Shown: piece by piece, positions 1 to 41,135 of the stretch
Layout: each line of letters begins with the position of its first letter
Position numbering within the stretch: position 1 is the first letter of the stretch
Assembly: GCA_028534125.1 (NCBI GenBank)
Contig: CM052818.1
Location: 32,614,001-32,678,000, forward strand
Direction: 5' to 3'
DNA: 64,000 nt
Source: Lama glama
Taxonomy: Eukaryota
Notes under the pieces: generated by a model
Told to the model about the DNA's origin: nothing
Databases searched by the model: none
Seen by the model: the letters and a program-made list of their open reading frames with translations, nothing else
Position numbers and translations under genes: made by a program

Positions 1-2763
1 ATGACAAAGGGTAGTGGTCAGGGAGCAGGGCTCCCCCACATCTTCTTTTTGACTGTCCCCCAAAGGGGACATGGGAAGAAACTCTGCTGTGTCAGCCTAC
101 TTGCCGCCACCCCGCTCACCCCAGGGGAAACCAAGGAACTAAAAGAGACATGGTGGCAGATGAGGTAACTTGATCACCGAATTCCAGAATCAAGGGGGGT
201 CTTGGGAGGTCACCTAAGAAAGACCAATCTCAGTTTGGCTGTGTGATCTGGACTTTGTGCCAGAAGACAGCCTTCCCTGTCTGTGTCCTTGACCCCTTGG
301 CCCCCACTGAGCAGGAAACAAGCAGTAACAGGCTGTGACTTTCCATGCTTAAGTATTTCACAGCACTTCACAGCTCCTCTGCAGCCTGGAGCTCAGAGTG
401 TCTCATAAGGTGTAAGAAGCCGGCTTGGGAGAAAGTTTCCCTCTGCACAGAGGGCTACACGCCACAGAGGGCTCCACGCCACTTCCAGGAGAGCCACCGG
501 GCTCAGCCCGGGTGATCAGGGAGGAAGATGTACGCCCCTTCCCTTCTGTCACACCTGCACCAGTCTCTGCTTCCGCCTCCCAATCCCCTGGGACAGTGGG
601 AAGTTTCATTACTTGCATCCATTTTTTTTCCCCTCTGCAGAGGGGCTTAGACCATGCCAGGCAGTAGAGGACCATTCCCTGGGAAACCTTGGTTCCACTC
701 CTGGTACTCCCTGGCAGTGATAAATTCTTGCTGGTAACCTAAATCCCTCCAGCTCTGACCTTTGTGGGTATGGAAGTCAGCTTATTACTTCACAGTTAAG
801 AATACTTCCAAAAGCAGTGTTGCTGGTTGGGCTAAGAGGGTACAGCTCACGGCAAAGCCCACAGCCACACCTGCTCCAAATGACCTGGAGACAAGACCTT
901 GGGCTTCACGCTTCGGGCCCCATAGGAGCCTTGTGCCAGTAGGTTAGTGGGCTCCATCCATCCCTTTGAGTCCAACCCCATGCCCATTCGAGGCTAGCAC
1001 TGACCTAAGGGTTAGAGAAGAGGATGGTGCCTCTCATGCCTCCATTCTCTTGCACAAGATCCTCCGGCTGATGAACCAGAGGGAGCATCATCAGCCATCC
1101 CCAAGGAGACCCTGTGCCAGGAGGAAAGGAGGACTATAGGCAACTCCCTGGACCCTGCAACCTGCCTCAAGGTGTGGTCAGATCACAAAAGCAGGCAATC
1201 CCCAGGCCCCCTTTCTGGTGTCCAGCCCTGGTGGGCACAGCAGGGCCCCAAGTAGAGGGGACCTGAGTCTTGTGAGCACATGAGACACCAGCTTCTGCAG
1301 CCCAAAGCTCCAGAGCCTCAGCCTGCTCGAGGAGGCCGGCTCTTCCCCGGAGCGGGAAGAGTTAAAAGCTCTTCTCCCCAGACAAGGGTGCTCAGCCTCT
1401 TCAAACAGCTAAAGCCTATTTGGCTTGATGCAGGTTTTCCCAATAAATCCAGGGCCCACAGTGATTTACCAAGAGCCATAGTTATTGGCAACAGCAATCT
1501 CACTTACCCAGAGCGGCGCTGAGAACAAGCTGTAATTTAGAGCTGGATTTATTTTGTTTGTTCTACAGCAACAAACTCAGCAATTCATAAATTCTCTCTG
1601 AGATGAAGAGAGGAAATTGACAATATTTATGATCTTGGGAGGCGGAGAAGGGCCTGACCAGGCCTTTGATTTGTAACTGAAACTTCTCCGGGAGACTCCA
1701 GCCAAGGACACAGCTGCTGTCCCAGCCCCGGGGAGCTGGGCTCAGGCCAGGGTGCGGGATGGGGAGGAGGGGTGGGTGTGCCAGGCGGTGCTTCCAGCCT
1801 CAGCATTAGGATGCTCTGTGGGTTGCTCTGTGCCCATCAGGACACACAGCAACAACGTAAACAGCCGTTCTCAGGTCACAGGCTTCCTCACATCAAGGCA
1901 AGACTAGTTTGTGAAAACTTACGAGTCTACTGGTCTGGACGTAGTCTATCATAGACTATGTTCTCACACACCTGAGGTTTCGAACATGCACGTCAGTCTG
2001 TGTACAAATACACCAAATATCACCTAATCATCTATGAAAGGAGTGAACAGAATGTACCAGAATTGCCACCTACTGTTCGAGAATCAAGATGTGATACTGC
2101 AAAGCACATAAGGAACAGAGAAGCTCTTGCCTTTCTGGATGTCTCTGCCATAGCTCCTTCCTTTTTGCTCTTTTCATTCCTCCCCCAACCCCTCCATCCT
2201 CACTGTCCACTCATCACCCCAAATCCCTCCCATCTCAAACCCTGGCACCAGTCTTCCTCAAAGACAACCTTCATTCATTCCAAGCTCAGAAAGCCAATGG
2301 GATCCCATATCAGACAATCACCTGGGTCTACCCACCTGTCAACTCTGTCCTCTCCAACAGCCTTGCCCAACTGTCTCATCAGCATCCTGCCTGGTCCCCA
2401 CACAAGCCACATCCCCTGCTACCATCTCACAGCTAGAAAAATGTGACAACTCTTCCTAATGCCTTCTTGGTAGTCCTGACCTGTTTTCCCATCAATGCCC
2501 TATTGGCTCTCTCGCTGTGGTGTTATGTGACCCAAGGTGGTCATTTCTATCACGTGTATCATAAGGAGGCAAGACCAGACGATCTCCACAGCTCCTCCAC
2601 TTCTAGCAGTCTAAGACCCCCAGGGGGACATGACATGGAATAGCCTGCCAACCAAGAGCCCCTGCCTTAGGCAGCCCCTGGGGAAATGTTTGGCCTGAGA
2701 GCTAAACCAGTGCTGTTCTCTGCTCTGCTGATTCCCAGAACTGGGGAGGGCACCAGCTGCCTA

Positions 2764-29939
<27,176 letters not shown>

Positions 29940-31494
29940 GCCCTGGGTGGAGAAGGCGTCTGGGAGGCTGTCCAGAGGCAGCAGCTACTTTCTGGGCCGT
30001 GAGTACAATCCTTGGGCATCCAGATGGCCCCAACCTGTAACATCCGGGGACCTGGGATGGGGAGAGGCAGAGAGAAGTCAGTACAAATACCAAGCACATT
30101 TTGAACCACTTCGCAGGAAGCCCGGCAGGAGCTAAAGCATTCTTGTAGTGAAGAAAGCTGCCACTAGACTGAAGGACACTTGTCTAACATCTGCCCTCTC
30201 AGGCACTTCAGAGCCTCCAGGGACCAAGGCCGTGTGACTAGAGGCAGAGCTCACCGCCCAGAGTGTCCGCGAAACCTGCGAACCTGGCTTTGCTCACAGC
30301 TTTGGCTTCGGCATAGACACATTAGGGTGCTGGGGAAGGTGGAGTTCATCACGTTTATCTGACGCTTTGTTTCCCCACAAATTTCTGTTTCCCTCATGAC
30401 TCTGCCAGCTGCCCTGGAAGCTCCTGTTGAGTGTCAAGCCTGTGACCCGGCTTCTCAGTGTGCGGTGGGGTCTCCCCAGAGACCGCTCCCTAGTTTTCTC
30501 TCAAATGCACCGCTCTCCATCTGCATGAAGTTCCCAGCCTTCATTCTCACTTTGTTGACCAAGCCAGACTCAGACTCTCTCAGCTATTTCCTTGTCCTGA
30601 GCCAACCGCTTGAGCACCCCAAGCCCTTTCCCAGCCTCCCTTAAAACTCTGGGGTCATCATCAGCTCCTGCCCTTGACCCTCACTTCAGGGTGGCACCCT
30701 GAAGTGACAGGGTCCCACCACAGACTCTGTGACTTCACACAACTTTATAAATTCTCTGCTGAGATAACAGTGACTCATTTTCACCCTGACAGGTAGGGAG
30801 GTGGACCACCAAGCTGATCAGTGATGACATCAGAGGTAAAGACCGCATCTCCCAAATCTCCCAGTTTCTACTTGAGAGATATCACTGGGGACAGGGCAGG
30901 AGGCAGTGACAACTTCCTTTGGCCAAGCAATAAATCCCAACTCAGGAACTGAGAAAACCTGCCTTCTATCTGAAAGCCAGCCCACCACGTCCCCACCCAG
31001 GCCCAGAAGGCAGAGCAGCTCCTAGCAACCCTTCTGGCCAAACAGAGGTTCCAGCCCAGCCCAGCCAGCCCAGCCCCAGCCCAGCCTTTGCCTGGTCGCA
31101 CTGACAACGACCTCAGCCAGGGAGAAGGCAGCTCTGTCTGCTCACTACTGGGATAAGGATTTGGCCACTTGGTAGCTACAAGCAGCCAGGAATAGCCGAG
31201 GGACACGGCACTTCTCCCGAGCAATGTGGAGGAAGATTCTACCCTTCAGGTCCCAACACTCCACCCCTTGCCCCACCAAGCCGGGAAGGAGACTCAAGAG
31301 ACCGGCAAGGTGGCTGCTTCCAGCAAAGTTCAGCAGGACAGACCTTCCATGGCTGAATTAAAGCAAACAACGCTGGAGTCCAGGCTTCAGGGGCAGCAAG
31401 AGCTGCAGGCCCCACAGACCCCTGCTTCCCCGTTTCAAACTGAGCGTAGACTTTCTAAGCGAATTACACCTGGAAGAACAATCTTTAGCTACAG

Positions 31495-31697
31495 GCCTTA
31501 TTCTCAGCCTCAGCTGCAGATCCGAATTGTCTGGGAACTGATTAAAATGACAGATTCCCAGGCCTCGGCCCGGGCCCCTTACTGAAGTAGCGTCTTCTAG
31601 GGAGCAGGCCACAGGGATCTGTTTGGGGATTTTTGTTTTGTTTTGTTTCTAAACTCCTGAGTGATATTTATGTTCAAACAGGATTGAGAACCACTGG
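31495..31697. mobile_element. MER5-like hAT MITE
   Basis: ttctcagcctcagctgcag...ctgggaactgattaaaatgacagattcccaggc...ttgagaaccactg. Confidence 0.65.
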
Positions 31698-34600
31698 GCT
31701 ATAGTTCAGATTCTCTTTCTAAGAAGATCCCAGCCCTGTTTCTCACCATCGGCTGTTAAAGTGGTATTGCTGCCTCAGTTTCCCCAAAGGGATCACCTCC
31801 AGGAGGCTAAAGAGAAGATGTGGGGCTGCTTGAGAGCACAGATAGCATGAGGGTCAGTGGCACCTTCTGAGCAAGACCACCCCCGCCCCACTCTCCACAG
31901 CTTCGTCAGGAGACAGACACTGGCTGCATCACTCCATGGCCTGAGGGACACCAGTGGTACAGAAGGGAGACCTGGATCCACTCCATAGCTTGCCCAGCCA
32001 AGCCACAGGCAGAGCCCCTTTCAGGCCTCTCCCCACCTGTGTCCACACCTTTGACCCCTCTGGCCCTCAGGGTCTACACACAGGACCTCCCCAGTGCCTG
32101 CCCAAGAGGAAGTAGCCACAGCCGTGTAGGCAAACAACCATGTCTTGTATCTTGTGTGAGAGCAGTGGGTGGCATGTCCCCGGGACCTGGTGGGAACTTA
32201 AAGATCTAGGTCCAAACTATAAAAACCAGAATCAGAAATCCCATTCCAAATGTGGACAAAGCTTTGGGTTTGGCATGGACAGTACATAGTGCTGACCCCT
32301 GAGGCACAATTCATTGCACCCCCCGTTTGACCCCACACTGTCCTGGGCACCAAGGAGTAACTGTCCCCTATTGGAACAGCCGGTCCTTGACCTGAAGGGC
32401 TGACAGGATTCCATCCTCAGCCCCAGATGTTCTGGATCACCCAAGGTGGTTGGCTCCTCCACCCTCTTCCTCAGTTTCCCTGCTCAGGGAATGGGGTAGC
32501 CAGAGATAACTGACTGTTGTCCACTCCTTCCAGTAAAGCTATGGCTTAAGAGGGTCCATGGTGACCAGCACCACAGGAATGAAGAAAGGCGACAGAAGGG
32601 ACTCAGGTTTCAAGTGGAAGGGAAAGGAACACTGGGACTGTCCCAGGAATGAATGTCAACCCCAAGGTCAAAATCCCAACCACCCTGTGCCTTGCACAGC
32701 CCACAGGGAGCCAGTGCCCCACTCCGGGTCCATCGCGCTTCCTGGGGAGCTGGGCAGAGCCTGGTTCCCAGAAGAACAGCCCTCAGGCAGGAGGACCAGA
32801 CTCTGAGGGGGCAGGAGGGATCAGAGCAGGGAGGCCAGGGACAGGATCGGCCCCCAATCCTGGGACATGGGTTCCAGTACTTCAGAGAGCTCGTCTGCTC
32901 TGATGTGTCTGCTGGGAACCATAGTGCCATGTCAAGGGGAGGGGAGAAAGATGGCAGAGTTACCAAACCTAGTGTTTGAACCCAAAATACGTCACCCACT
33001 GAAATACTCTCTGAAGAGCGGCCTCAGATCTGGGCACCCCTCGCACCTCACACCCCCATCCAGTCCGCTCCTGAACGTCCACCTCGGGACACCTGGAACT
33101 TTGCCTTGAGGTCAGACACGGCTGGGTTGGAACCCTGCCCTTGCCCTCTTGAATTAACTTGGGAAGGTTACTTCATTCCTCTGAGCTTTGATTTCTTCAT
33201 CTGAAAGTGTCCGAACAAAGGCTTTTGTTAGGATTAAATGAAATCATGTACAAAAGTGATTTAGTACCATTGCTGGTAGACAATCACTAACATCGGGTCT
33301 GAACTCTCCCTCCTCCTCCCCCCAACCCCCACACACCCACACACATGCACACCCAAGCACAGCCACACTGTCTTCAAAGTTAACAGGGGCCTGCCCTCCA
33401 TTCCTACAAGACAGACCCAGGTGACACAGGCACCCCTCCCAAGGAGTAGACAGACATGTCTAAAGGGTAAGGGGCCCAAACTAGGAGGGCCCTCGGTCCC
33501 CAGCGGTACTCAGAGCGAGTCCACACTGCGCAGTGAACACCTGCTGTGCAGGGACTGGTAGAGTGAGGTCCATCCTGGTCATGAGCAAGGATGGGCGCAT
33601 AGGGAGGAAGGCAGTGCCATCTGACTTGGCACCTGGAGAACTTCCATGGAAAAGCTGCATTCTGGCTCGGCCTGGAAGGAAGCAGGAACTAGTGGGCAGG
33701 GAAGTGGGAAAGGCATTCCAGGCTGAGGAAACTGAGCAAAGGCGTGGAGGACAGACAGGACCTGAGAGTTTGAGGTTTGGCAGGAGGGCCAAGACTAGGC
33801 AGACGGGTGAGAGCCAGTACAGAGAGAAGTGCAGAGCTCTGTCAAGTCTGGGCTTGTCTTGCAGGCAAGGGGAGCTCTAAGATTTCAAGCAGAGGAATGA
33901 TATCATCTGCCCTTGTTTTCATGCAAATCTCTCAAAGGGGACCTAGGATGGACTTCCCAGGGAAGGAAGCTTTTGACAAAATTTTAGGACTGAGACTTAG
34001 AGACATGAGCCCAGCCTCTGGACTAGGCACAGAAAATATATGTACTTAACCAACATTTGCCACGAGTTATTGTCAGAGTTTAGACTGAAGAGAATACCCC
34101 TTCCTGTATCCCAGGTGTCTCCTTGAGGACAGTCACCCACCCACCCCTCTGTTCATCATACACACCCCTTCCCCTCCCCCACAGGAGGTAGCCCATCCCA
34201 CAGACCCCCAGGGACAACTCAGGATGTTCTTAGGTGACCTACTGGACTCTGACCTCCTGGGTTCAGTCTATCACTGAAAGTCTGAGATGCACTCACTCAT
34301 TCAACCATATGTGAGGTTCTAAGATACAAAGGTAAATGAGACTAAATTCCAACACCTGTGAGCTGTGTACCACAGACATGTCACCAAACTTCTCTGAGCA
34401 GCAGTTTCTTTAAATGCAAAAATGGGGATATTGCCTACTCCACTTCAATATTTCATTGAATAAAATAGAAAAATCACTGAGTGCTGAGCCTGGCCCCTAG
34501 CAAGCAATCAATATCCCGTGGTGTTAGTGTTACTGCCATGAACGAGGCCACAGCAGCAGGTGGAGGATGGGTTTGGGTGGGCAGGGCAGGAGGTTGTAGA

Positions 34601-36112
34601 AATAATCCTGGAGAGAGGGGAGAAGAGTCTGATTCGGGGCAGAAGTGGTTCATATGGGGGGATGGGGCAGGTCAGGGAAATAACTGGAGCCAAGTCAACA
34701 GGACTGGGAGACAGATTAGATCAGGGGAGTTGAGGGGAGTCCAGCTTGCGTCCAGGGTTCTGGCGTGGAGGCTACAGGACAACGTGCCATCAGCTGCCGA
34801 GATGGTGACACAGGAGGAGGTGCCTGCCCGGGAGAGACAATGAGTCCTAGTTTGGGCAGGTTGGTGTGTGGCTCCTCCAGGACCCCAGGTGAATTCATCT
34901 AGAAAGCAGCTAGTCTGAGACTCAAAAGAGGGAAGTCTGGGCCAGAGACATGCCCAGGAGACCCCGGTAACCAGTGACTTAAGCCATTTGGAGCCGAGGT
35001 TGTCAGTGGGAAGACCTGGCCCCGAGAGAGAAGAGGGAGAGCAAGGGCAGTCTGGGAGCCCAGGGAGGGGTACCAGGAAAACAGAGAGCAGAGAGTGAGC
35101 AGAAGTGTCCGCATGGCAGCGGTCGGGTGGGGTCAGGACTGAGAAAAGCCCACTGGCTATGGCCATGGGGGAATCGTCCAGGTTAGTGACAGCAATTTCT
35201 GCATGTGGGGACCCGGAGGCCCCAGGAAGGTGCTGTTGAGGAGCATATGAGGTAGAGACAATGAGAACAGATCACTCTAGAAATGCTGGACGGGGGGTGG
35301 GGGGGCGGTAGGTGGCAGCTGAGGAGGGCTGAGGGTGGGGAAGGTGGTGGTGTGTGCTTGTTTGTTCTCTGTGTTTAAGGATAGGACCTACTGGAGCATT
35401 CTTGTGGCTAGAGGAGGAAGAGCCAGAAGGGAAAGGCTGAAGACATGGAAGGAGGCAGGGGGACTGGTGGTACAGGATCCCAGAACTAACGGGACAGGGG
35501 AGAAGGGCACAGGCAGGGGGTCACGGGGGCAGGAGGTGGGCAGCCTAGGGAAGTCCAGAGGGAGCGGGCCGGAAGGCTTTGACACTGTCCATGAACTAGG
35601 AGGTAAGACTGCCAAGCATGAGAGCAAGGAAGTTCTGGAATATGGTGTATCTGATTCCAGGGGGAAAAAAATCTATTTCTTTTCTCACCCCAACCCCAGC
35701 CAGATGCCTCCATCTTTGTTACCTTGGGGGTGGACTGATTTCCACAACAACTCTTAACTTCCAGATAAGGACTCAGCCACTCCTGGAGCTGGTAGTCCCA
35801 AGAGCCATCTCCATCCTGAACCAGGAGACTGATACCCACACCCACGAGACCCTCTGTCAGAGGCATCCAAGGATCCCCCTCCCCACTGCCACTGGCTCCC
35901 CCTGTGACTGGCACATGGGCCAGCAAGAGGCAGTACACAGATGAAGTGGCACCCCTCTCGTACCTGCTCCTTTCCTGAGCCCCTTAACCAGCTCTGGAGC
36001 CACACCTACTAGCTCCCTTGCCATCCAGGGGCAGGGAGGTCAGTATTCCTGTAACCCCTCTGTCCTCCAGACAGTATCAGGTGCAGGTCAGCTAACAGGG
36101 CCGTGGGGATTG

Positions 36113-36175
36113 ATTAATTAATTAATTTTATTGAAGTATAGTCGATTTACAATGTTGTGTTAATTTCTGGTATTC
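36113..36175 (-). mobile_element. Short L1 3' tail fragment
   Basis: ttttattgaagtatagtcgatttacaatgttgtgttaatttctggt is the reverse of the L1 3' terminus seen at about 63340-63375. Confidence 0.7.
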
Positions 36176-38839
36176 CATGGGAATTTACAAAATACCAAAC
36201 ACAGTCCCTGGCACATAGTAATAACTCTCATGAACTGCTTGTAGCATGAATGAATGGAGAAATCAAAATTAAAGCACATCTTTACAGATGATCTCATTGA
36301 GAAGAAACCAAGTGAAGGAAACTCACATTTCTTAAGTCCATGCTGCCAGGTGCCAGGCCCTGGGCTAGGTGGTGCCAAATATTATGCTACTTAACATTTG
36401 AGATTGAGCAGCAAGGCAGATATTATTGTCTTCCTGTCATAGATAAGAAGACTGAGGCCCATGGAGGTGAAGTAACTGGATCAAGGCCACAGAGTGACCA
36501 GTAGAAGCATCAGAGCTGAGGCTCTGCTCTCGGAGACAGCAGAGCACAGTGTCTCACAGCGAACACTTAGGAGTCAACAGATCTGAATTAAAGTCCACCC
36601 CCTGAACGTCTCCCAGCACACAGCACATTCTTAAACTTCTTTGAGCCTCCATTCAACTGTTCTGGAAATAACACTGTCTATCACACAGTTATTGCGAGTA
36701 TTCAGTAAAATAGGAAAAGCTCTTCATACAAGCATGACCCCTGGCAAGTACTCAGTAAACAGTGGCTATTAATGTGATCGTTTGTTTAACAACAACTTTA
36801 CTGTGTGGGTTCAGATGTTCAAGGAAAGGGAAATGTCTTTTTTGAAAGTCTTTGAGCCAAGAAGTTAAGAGGACTGGCTGAGGCTGGGTGGCCACGTGGA
36901 GGTGCTGCCTGGTGGAGCCGAATATCTTTAGAAGTTTCCTTGGGTGAGCAGGAGGCAGGCTGGGCAGGACATGCCTGCATCTCAGTGACCCCCTGGGACA
37001 GGATGGATCTCACGGCCAAGACCCCAAAGCAGTGCTTTTCATCGGTTTTTGTGCCTGACACAGTGGAGGAATGTGGTCTTCAATCTGTAAAAGCTGTGTG
37101 TGTTTGGGGGGATGGGTGGAGTAGGGAGGGGAAGAGAGAGCATAGTAAGAAGTCTAGGTCTATGACATTTGAAACAGCTCCCCCCTCCCACCCCCAGGAA
37201 TTCTGACATGAGAATCATTGGTCTCAAAGACATAGGAAAGCCTATGCGGGAGAGAAAGGTTTATTTAAGCTGTGTAGGAAAAACAGTGAAGGTAGGAGAG
37301 AAGCAGGGCTGCCCTGTTTGACTGTTCAGGTTGGGCACTGCACAAGGGCGTCATCATTAAGGGGCCACCATTCACACTGTAGACACTGCAGATTTGAACA
37401 TTTATTATAGTCCTTCTCTGATGAACAAAAATAGTGTCTTGAGAAAGAGGCTTCTTTTTCTAATTCACACAAAGGCACCTTAGGCAAGTGACGGACCTAG
37501 TGACAAAGGGTCTGTAACATATCTCTAAATTTACAAAATCCCAAATCTTCAGAGCCTGCCCCCACTCTTGTGTATCATGTTGATGCAAATATAAATTAGA
37601 GATCAGAACCTGAGCTAGTAATTTAACAACGTTTCACACTGTGAGAACAGGATGCGCCTTTATCTTCTTCCCCTGCCACTAAATTCCGAGCTGCAAGGGC
37701 TCATGAAGCTCAGCTAACCTCCTGCTGTTAAAAGAGGGATTCATCCTGACCATCAAGAGCCATGCCTACCCAGAGCCCACATCCCTGCAGGCATCACACT
37801 GGCCATCGGCTGACAAGGCCCTGAGCAGGGCTAGGAGGAAAGCCTCCTTCTCCAAACTCCCACCAACACCTCCCCAAAATGGTCACCCAACACTGCAGAG
37901 CCCGGTCAGAGCCATGACAGTGCCTTCCTGAGAACTAAGGTCCTTGGTGGGGCTGGGTGCCATTGAGGAAAATCTTGCCTGAAATTCCATAGCCATTGGC
38001 TAAGATTTGCCACCCACCCTGAGATTCCCGTGATCAGGAATGAGTTATCCTAGAGCTTGAGCATGGTCCTAGAGTCTTGAACCAGAAGTGACTCGGTCCA
38101 CTGTCCCCAGAATGCTTTCTGCATGGTTTGGCTATTCAGAGACCCCATCTCAGTATCTGGAACTCCAATCTCCAAACTGCAGTCTGTGAACACTTACAGG
38201 TACCAGAGAATCAGAAGGGACTGGGAAGAAATAAAATATCTTTTTCCATCAGAGTCTCAGCAAAGTTGTTTTGACCATGCCTAGCATCTAAATGTCTATC
38301 ATATTCCAGGAAAGGGCTCTTGACAAATGTCTCCCTGCAAGAAGCTCAGAAAACTTCAGACACCAGCTCCATCCTCCTCCCAGTGGCCCCAGGAAAAAGC
38401 CAACTCTCCTTGACCAAGAGCTAGAATCTTACATGTGCCTCTCCAGGGCATACAGCAGGTTTTGCCTGGGAAACTGAGATGGCTTCTGTGGGAGGACCAC
38501 CTTTTTTCTGTCCTTGTTTTATCTAAGGCCCAGAAAGAGGGGCATGTTGGGCCAAGAACCAGAGGTTTCAAAGCAGAGACAAAGTGGAAATCTCAGTCCT
38601 CCAGACAGCTTCTCTGAAGCTCAAAGATCAAGGACAGAGAAGTAACATGGGTGAGTGATTGGTCCCCCAGGAAGGAGAATGGGAGGACAGAGACAGAGGG
38701 GCAGGAGGGCAGAAAGAAACATGGAGTCAGGAAGCTGAGCAGGATGAGGGGGCTGAGTGAGAGAGAGAGACCAGGCGAAAGAGGGCACCAAAATGGAAGG
38801 AAAATGGGGAAGAAGAAAGGTGAGGGCAGGTGCTTGTCC

Positions 38840-39615
38840 TCCTGATAATCACAGAAATGAAAATTAAAGTCAGAGTGAGACGCTCCCCAGTCTGCAAAGG
38901 TTGGCAAACAATAAGATTGCAGACACTACCAAGTGCTACTGAGATGCAGAACACATGCGGCTGGTGGGTGCAAGTCAGCACGAGCGCTTGGGAAAGAGGC
39001 TGCTTTATCTAATGTAGTTAGAGACACACAAACCCTATGCCCAGCATTTCCACTCCTAGGTATCTATCCTGGGGAAAACCTTGCGCGTGTGACCCAAGAA
39101 GGAAGTAGGAGGATGTTCACAGCAGATCTGTTGGTACGGACAAAATCTGGAAATAATCCCAGTACCCAAAAGGAAAATGGAACATCAGTTACGGTGTCTT
39201 CATGTCGTGGAATATTCCACAGTAGAATGGAATGGAAGGGAACAAACCAGTGCTCTACTCAGCACCACGGAAGACTCCAAAGTGTAACGCTGAGTGGCAG
39301 AAGCCAAACACAGAAGACCGAGTAGAGTGTGATTCTGCTTATAGAAAGTTCAAAGGAAGACAAAATCAAAGGGAATGTTTAGAAATGCAGACATAGATGG
39401 GAAAACCTTATCGAAAAGCCAGGGAAAATGAGGACATGATTACCCCTGGCAGGGAGGGGGGTTGCGATAAGGAAGGGGTCCATGGGGTAGGGGTCTGGAG
39501 TTTCTATTTCTTGACACCTGATGGTGGTGGCTACACAGACATTCACTTCATAACTCTTTAGTAAACTGTGAGTTTTATACATTCTTCAGTCTGCAAGAGG
39601 TTGAACATAAAATAA
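38840..39615 (+). mobile_element. Old L1M (L1ME-like) ORF2 end and 3'UTR
   Basis: cccagcatttccactcctaggtatctatcc, atgttcacagcag, ctgagtggcagaagccaaacacagaag, tgattctgcttatagaaagttcaaa. Confidence 0.75.
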
Positions 39616-40677
39616 ATAATCAAGTTCTAAGTATCCACACTGGTGAGCAGAGTCTGGTGCCTCTGAGGTGGCCCTGTGGGCAATGGGAGGCCTTCAGAGG
39701 TAGGTCTCTCCAGAGCTCAGCTAGACGTCCCCCCCAATCACTTGCTCCCACTACATCCCCTTTCCTCAAACCTGCTAGACCAAGGCTTCAGGGGCAGAAA
39801 CAGAGCTGTCTTGGGAACCGGCCCCTGGGGATGGAAAGGCTGCAGGGCCCCATCCCGCCAGGACATGGTGGAGAGCAGTGCGGGGCCCAGCCCGATTGCT
39901 CTGCACTCTGCCTGCCTGGGGCTGGGCGCTCTACGACCCACCTCAATGCCTTGCCCACGAAGCACCGGCCCTTTCCACCCTCCCAGTGCTCCTGAGGACA
40001 TGCCAGCCCCTGGGCCAACATGGGCCAACATGGGCCCTTGTCTGGGAGGTGGTTGGCAAAACCCTAGTTTTAGGAGCCTGAAATCTGCTCTAGAAAGGAA
40101 CACAACTGCCTCTGCAATAATAATAATAATGGTATCAACAAAGTCACCTCCGTTCAGCAGCGGGGCTAACACACGGCTTGTCCTGTCTCCACTCCTCACC
40201 AGCAGCCTCGAGGGTAAGAGGTGGAGCCAGAACTCAGACTCAGAGCAGAGCCCCTCCAAGGCCTGTGTTTCCACGAGTTCCCCACACTCCTGAGCCTTCC
40301 CCACTGCACACGCCCCCTCACGTGGCCCCTAGGGAGCCCCAGCAAGCCACGTGGAGACGACCCCAGAGATGATCCCAGACAGAGAACTCTGATGAAGGCC
40401 GTGGCGGGTAGGGCACATCCCAGGGCAGTGCCCCCTGTCTCGTCTCTCTCGCTCAGAGAGCAGCAGTCCAACCTCCCGTCCAGAGCTGACGCAGGAAGGC
40501 CCCAAGAGAGGGCAGACCTCCCCAGTGACTCAGCCTCTGTCATGGCCTGATGTCCCTTCTCTCACTGCGCCCTTTGTCCTTGCTCCAGATCAGCTCCTGG
40601 ACACCCCTCCAAGGACTAGGCGTCCTGACTGCCCCTCCCATCCCATCCCCACAGAAACAGCCTGGTGGCCACATTAC

Positions 40678-40920
40678 CTCTCTTTTCTCTGTCCAGAGGC
40701 CAAACCTCTGTCACCAGAGGAATCCAGGTCCCATGATCTCTCCACCGACAATGCTGCCCGTGGGTCCGGGGAGGCAAAGACAAGGCAGCCCCACGCCTGG
40801 CCTGCCCTGGCTTCGGCCCAGCCTCGCAGCCCTGGGCTGCGGGCCTCCTGTCTGGGCAGGTGCAGGGGGCGGCCGCCGGCCCTGCTGCTGGCACGCTCCT
40901 CTCTCCGCTGGGCTATCCTT
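40678..40920 (-). other. TOGARAM2: Candidate non-coding first exon of TOGARAM2 (5' boundary approximate)
   Basis: GC/CpG-enriched stretch ending in donor GAG|gtaatg at 40678/40677, with X-box-like motifs immediately upstream. The first coding exon has its own acceptor, so an upstream exon is required. Confidence 0.5.
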
Positions 40921-41135
40921 GAACAAACAAGGCTGCATAGCAACCACTGCTCCCTGCGTTGGGGAGAGAGGGAGCCAGGAGACGTTTCCCCACGGCCTCA
41001 TTTCCTCCAGGGCTCCCTGGGGACTGGGCACTCCCAGGTGGCCGGCCTGTCTTGTGGGACTACAGGAGAGAGAGCACGGTGACCCAAGCGAAGGCGTGAA
41101 CAGCAGGCTTGGGGCAGGATGCCATTGGCAACTAA
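40921..41135 (-). promoter_or_regulatory. Candidate TOGARAM2 promoter with RFX X-box-like and forkhead-like motifs
   Basis: GTTGCTATGCAGCC (minus, 40931-40944), GATGCCATTGGCAAC (41118-41132), AACAAACAA (40922-40930). Confidence 0.45.

Noticed and set aside
1501..1535. Consensus minus-strand donor G|GTAAGT suggesting a further TOGARAM2 exon
   Set aside because: No good polypyrimidine acceptor, and the translation does not resemble the expected next TOGARAM2 segment.
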